IMG/VR virus record: IMGVR_UViG_3300021963_000091 | Source: an uncultured virus (IMG/VR IMGVR_UViG_3300021963_000091) | Lineage: Duplodnaviria; Heunggongvirae; Uroviricota; Caudoviricetes | Strand: one strand, 5' to 3' | DNA: 20,000 nucleotides | In this document: piece by piece, positions 16,911 to 20,000 of the stretch | Numbering within the stretch: position 1 is the stretch's first letter | Layout of the letters: every line of letters starts with the position of its first letter | Notes under the pieces: generated by a model | The model's database searches: none | Seen by the model: the letters and a program-made list of their open reading frames with translations, nothing else | Told to the model about the DNA's origin: nothing | Made by a program: the position numbers and the translations under genes

Positions 16911-17058
16911 ATATAATATTATTTATGTCGATTGTGCTTAATCTCGGAAACTGTTGTTTGAGTTCAATAAGATGGTCAGATCCTGCAAAACAACAACCCC
17001 CTTCTCCCATTAACGTATAAATAGTTTGATTACGTTCTTTTTCTATTATTTCTGTCAT
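16903..17058 (-). CDS. 51-aa ORF bridging the two paralogues (MTEIIEKERNQTIYTLMGEGGCCFAGSDHLIELKQQFPRLSTIDINNIIYE); real small gene or gene remnant
   Basis: Hand translation. Its ATG overlaps the copy B stop (ATGA) and its stop lies 8 nt into copy A. It is not in the supplied ORF track. Confidence 0.45.
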   Translation of the reverse strand: MTEIIEKERNQTIYTLMGEGGCCFAGSDHLIELKQQFPRLSTIDINNIIYE

Positions 17059-17615
17059 TTTTCCAAAGTATGTACCGATTCCCCTGTAAATGCTTGTAAA
17101 GCGGATTTTATTTTTCCTACGTACGGCCGGAGTTTTTCATTTTTACTAGCTTGGTCGAGAGCTCCGTCTATGAGAACTTTGTTAGTTTTAATAACCTGCT
17201 GTATTTTTGCTATCTTAGGACTTACTGTTACAACAGCCCGCCTGCCTTTAATAATACCTTTAGCTGCTACTCTACCGGCAGCTCCCAGAGGTTTAACTGT
17301 CTTAGCTGCTTTTGCAAGATAAATTGCAAGCCTGCCACCTTTACCGACAGCATCGCCTACTACAGGTATCAACGAAATTACCGATAAAGCAGCATTTAGA
17401 TACTCGCCCTCCGTTGCATACCATATCGCGTTTGTAAGATCAAAACCTGCTCCTATAGTCTCACCGACAGCCGCGCCAGTTGCGCTACCGATTAAGCCAC
17501 CTATCGGACCAGCTACTGCTCCGCCTACATCCAATGCAATGTGGCCTGCTGTGTTGAGGATGCCTTCGTTTGCAGTTGTGTAAGCCTCCCAGATAAGTTG
17601 ACTATCGCTATTCAT
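17055..17615 (-). CDS. Late protein with pre-toxin-TG-like region, copy B (extended glycine zipper, short tail)
   Basis: Near-identical to copy A; insert AVAGPIGGLIGSATGAAVGETI; ends FTGESVHTLEK. Confidence 0.8.
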   Translation of the reverse strand: MNSDSQLIWEAYTTANEGILNTAGHIALDVGGAVAGPIGGLIGSATGAAVGETIGAGFDLTNAIWYATEGEYLNAALSVISLIPVVGDAVGKGGRLAIYLAKAAKTVKPLGAAGRVAAKGIIKGRRAVVTVSPKIAKIQQVIKTNKVLIDGALDQASKNEKLRPYVGKIKSALQAFTGESVHTLEK

Positions 17616-17622
17616 GTGTATA

Positions 17623-17630
17623 TATTTATA
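17623..17630 (-). promoter_or_regulatory. T4 late promoter consensus TATAAATA (minus strand)
   Basis: Exact consensus 7 nt before ATG 17615. Confidence 0.8.
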
Positions 17631-17637
17631 TTGCTGT

Positions 17638-18435
17638 ATGAAGTTTTATAGTGAGATAGCACTGCCGGAGAGTAAGACTGCTGCTAAGGTCAGACAGTTT
17701 ACGTTTGCTGATTATATCACGGCTAATAAGTTTATACAGAATGGAGTAAACGCCCATATACAAGATTGTTATATAGAACTGGCTGCAAAGTATTCTAATA
17801 GTCTTAATCTTGCAGGTTTAGATGCTCTCGTAGTTCTTATTTTTATGAGAGTACTGTCAGTGGGAGGTACCCTCAAGCTTACTTCAGGTAACACTGTAAC
17901 TGAGATAGATTTATATGGATTGTTGCAGTCATTGTCTACTCTAAATGTAACTCCTCAAGTAATATTAATATCTGATAATATTAGTATTATTATCAAAACC
18001 CCTGCTAAATTTATTGATATTAATAAAGAGGATTTTATACACGCTATCATTATTGACGGTATTAGTCGTACTCTTCTTCCAGACGAAAGATGTCAGCTAT
18101 ATAATAGCCTGCCAGCTAATACTAACGAGCTAGTCGCTCAGTATATTACCGTGATAGAGGAAGAGTTGAGTAAAATACAATTTAGTATAGCTGGCACTAA
18201 GATTGAATGCAGCTATATGGGTGGTTCTCTGTTCGAGTTAGTTAAGGTATTATATACTGCAAACATTATTAATTGCTTTAAGAAGGTCGTTAATATCTCC
18301 AATAGCTTGGAGGTGGATACGAGCTATATCGTAGATCTACCGCCTGCAGAGGTTGATATGTTCAGTAGCTTTGTCGAAGAGCAGCGTAGTGCTAATCAAG
18401 AGCCTCAGTCGAGTATACCGATTCGACCTGCTTGA
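17638..18435 (+). CDS. Baseplate hub protein, gp26-like, with a gp51-like C-terminal segment
   Basis: IALPESK..VRQFTF and LDALVVLIFMRVLSVG match the gp26 pattern. C-terminal SYIVDLPPAEVDMF resembles the gp51 family. ATG 17638 is preferred because 17614 overlaps the divergent start. Confidence 0.55.
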   Translation: MKFYSEIALPESKTAAKVRQFTFADYITANKFIQNGVNAHIQDCYIELAAKYSNSLNLAGLDALVVLIFMRVLSVGGTLKLTSGNTVTEIDLYGLLQSLSTLNVTPQVILISDNISIIIKTPAKFIDINKEDFIHAIIIDGISRTLLPDERCQLYNSLPANTNELVAQYITVIEEELSKIQFSIAGTKIECSYMGGSLFELVKVLYTANIINCFKKVVNISNSLEVDTSYIVDLPPAEVDMFSSFVEEQRSANQEPQSSIPIRPA

Positions 18436-18452
18436 TTTAACCGATTTATATT

Positions 18453-18460
18453 AATAAGTA
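18453..18460 (+). promoter_or_regulatory. Late promoter variant AATAAGTA
   Basis: Ends 7 nt before ATG 18468. Confidence 0.6.
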
Positions 18461-18467
18461 AAAACAA

Positions 18468-19205
18468 ATGAACGATTTTAATCAAATTTTAACGTCTGTT
18501 AAGGCCATTACTGACAATCAACGAACAGAGTTGTTTGTACCCTCTGCTAATGTTTCTGTAGTCTTTAAATCCCTTACTGCTAAACAACAGAAAGACTTAA
18601 TAAAGACAGCAGCAGATAATAAACTGAATATGGTATCGCTTCTCGATACTATTAATAGCATCCTGCTTACTAATAGTATCACTAAGTGTGAGTTTCTAGT
18701 CTCTGATAGAAACTATATTATTGCTCAACTACGTGCGGCTACTATATCGCCTACGTATATATACAAAGAAAAGACGTATAACCTTCTCCAACTAGCAAAA
18801 AATAGAGTAATTATTGCTGATTCGTTAAAACAGCAAACAATTGAAACTACAGATTTAACTGTATATTGTAAGATACCTAACCTTCAACTAGACACAGTAT
18901 ACAACACAGTTCTACTTAAATCAGCAGATGATACTAAAAAATCGTCAGATTTACTTGGTGAACTGTTTATCTATGAAGTATTAAAGTATGTACAAAAAAT
19001 ACACAGCCCTGCTTTGGGTGTAGATATTATTATGTCAGATCTCGCTGTTAAGCAGCAGTTTCAACTCTTAGAGAGTTTGCCTGCTAGTTTGTACAATAAA
19101 ATTGTTGAATATATTAATAAAGTCAAGGAATTTGAAGCAACTCTACTGAAAATTGACGACGATACTATCGAAATCGACATTAATCAGGGGTTCTTTACTA
19201 CATAG
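18468..19205 (+). CDS. Baseplate hub subunit, T4 gp26-like
   Basis: LFVPS..VVFKSLTAKQQKDLI, DRNYIIAQLRA, CKIPNL, LLESLP..LYNKIVEYI, and a terminal GFF. Confidence 0.7.
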   Translation: MNDFNQILTSVKAITDNQRTELFVPSANVSVVFKSLTAKQQKDLIKTAADNKLNMVSLLDTINSILLTNSITKCEFLVSDRNYIIAQLRAATISPTYIYKEKTYNLLQLAKNRVIIADSLKQQTIETTDLTVYCKIPNLQLDTVYNTVLLKSADDTKKSSDLLGELFIYEVLKYVQKIHSPALGVDIIMSDLAVKQQFQLLESLPASLYNKIVEYINKVKEFEATLLKIDDDTIEIDINQGFFTT

Positions 19206-19216
19206 TCCGTGTCACT

Positions 19217-19224
19217 ATTAAATA
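19217..19224 (+). promoter_or_regulatory. Late promoter variant ATTAAATA
   Basis: Ends 6 nt before ATG 19231. Confidence 0.6.
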
Positions 19225-19230
19225 ATAGTG

Positions 19231-20000
19231 ATGAATGATGCAGTAGTAGCAAGGTTAGACAAAGTAATACAGCTCCTTTCAAAGCTGCCTAGCTCTGAAG
19301 CGGAGCCTCAGCGGAAAAAACTATCTGATGACAGTAAAGAGCAATTTGCTGAGACAAAGCCAAAAGAGCCGCGCGAAATCGTCAAGAAAGTAACATCGGT
19401 TCGGATAGAGAGCTACAGTAATGAAGGTAAAAAATTCTTGAGCGACCTCTCCAATAAGGCCTCTAGTACAAAGACAGATAAAGCGGTAGCTGAAAAAAAG
19501 GAAGATGGAGGCAGTTTCTTTGGTAAGCTTTTAAAAATTCTGGGAGGCATTGCTATTGGCGCAGTATTATTAAAGTTTCTCTTACCTTTTATAAAGGATA
19601 AGGTATTCCCGTTTCTAATTGATATGTTTAAGACGGTTACTGGGTTTATAACCAAGTATATTACCCCTCTCCTCGGACCTGCACTGAAAAGTATAGTCAA
19701 ATTTCTTACTAAAACACTACCTGACGTAGTCGGAAAGTTTTTTAAGTCTGCAGTTTGTTTTTTTAAAGGCGTTTGGAAATCCATAACGGATAACTGGCCT
19801 AAGTGGAAGACAAATATACTTAAGATCTGGGATGGACTAGTTTGTTTTTTTAAAGGCGTTTGGAAATCCATAGCGGATAACTGGCCTAAGTGGAAGACAA
19901 ATATACTTAAGATCTGGGATGGACTAGTTTGTTTTTTTAAAGGCGTTTGGAAATCCATAGCGGATAACTGGCCTAAGTGGAAGACAAATATACTTAAGAT
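19231..20000 (+). CDS. Tape measure protein (gp29-like), 3'-partial
   Basis: Hand translation is open to the window end (MNDAVVARLDKV...). It has a hydrophobic segment (LLKILGGIAIGAVLLKFLLPF), then Trp/Phe-periodic 29-aa repeats, and it follows the baseplate hub genes. Confidence 0.75.
   Translation, partial: MNDAVVARLDKVIQLLSKLPSSEAEPQRKKLSDDSKEQFAETKPKEPREIVKKVTSVRIESYSNEGKKFLSDLSNKASSTKTDKAVAEKKEDGGSFFGKLLKILGGIAIGAVLLKFLLPFIKDKVFPFLIDMFKTVTGFITKYITPLLGPALKSIVKFLTKTLPDVVGKFFKSAVCFFKGVWKSITDNWPKWKTNILKIWDGLVCFFKGVWKSIADNWPKWKTNILKIWDGLVCFFKGVWKSIADNWPKWKTNILK
19752..20000 (+). repeat. 87-bp tandem repeat, at least 2.8 copies, coding VCFFKGVWKSI(T/A)DNWPKWKTNILKIWDGL
   Basis: Units start at 19752, 19839 and 19926; only one substitution seen (ACG versus GCG). 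Confidence 0.97.

Larger units (their letters stand above)
16406..17615. repeat. Direct gene duplication: 16406-16910 versus 17072-17615
   Basis: Long identical tracts (e.g. 92 bp, 16819-16910 = 17524-17615) separated by clustered substitutions and one swapped segment. Confidence 0.97.

Noticed and set aside
17046..17057. TGA readthrough or stop-codon recoding extending copy B
   Set aside because: An in-frame TAA follows two codons later, and all conserved genes read intact in the standard code.
16485..17387. Plus-strand ORFs 16485..16715, 17026..17322 and 17151..17387
   Set aside because: Antisense to the duplicated genes; their apparent repetition simply reflects that duplication.
16406..17615. 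Diversity-generating retroelement template/variable repeat pair
   Set aside because: Mismatches between copies are not adenine-specific (G/T and C/T differences occur), there is a length difference, and no reverse transcriptase is in the window.
11689..19205. Bacterial extracellular contractile injection system or tailocin
   Set aside because: Terminase, neck, primase, clamp and T4-type late promoters in the same window indicate a complete phage.
19413..19958. Minus-strand 181-aa ORF in the track
   Set aside because: Antisense shadow of the + strand tape-measure ORF from 19231, which has a late box and fits the gene context.
19752..20000. CRISPR array
   Set aside because: Units are contiguous 87-bp repeats with no unique spacers, and they keep the reading frame of a protein.
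1..20000. tRNA, rRNA or group I intron
   Set aside because: Intergenic gaps are very short, no cloverleaf was seen, and the only gene interruption is the in-frame intein.

Overview
A 20-kb segment of a large T4-like (myovirus) phage genome, AT-rich, using the standard genetic code. The left part is a replication module: a gp45-like sliding clamp and a gp61-like primase flank two rhamnose-pathway genes (a plant/giant-virus-type 3,5-epimerase/4-reductase and a C-terminally shortened RmlA), along with several hypothetical genes. The right part is a morphogenesis module: gp14-like neck protein, large terminase with a class 3 (Ala-start, W-C-T) LAGLIDADG intein in its Walker A motif, gp3-like tail completion protein, tail sheath, tail tube, a gp54-like tube paralogue, two gp26-like baseplate hub proteins, and the start of a tape-measure gene with near-perfect 87-bp repeats. 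Four signals stand out. (1) A tandem pair of near-identical late genes on the opposite strand inside the tail module; they carry a pre-toxin-TG-like region with exchangeable glycine-zipper and C-terminal segments, and a 51-codon ORF is coupled between them. (2) A T4-type late promoter box (TAARTA) 5-12 nt before about 16 start codons with no Shine-Dalgarno, implying leaderless or very short-leader late mRNAs. (3) An internal late promoter with an in-frame ATG that predicts a nested protein isoform. (4) Back-to-back promoters forming a perfect 15-bp inverted repeat. All family assignments are from motif recognition by eye; no database searches were run.
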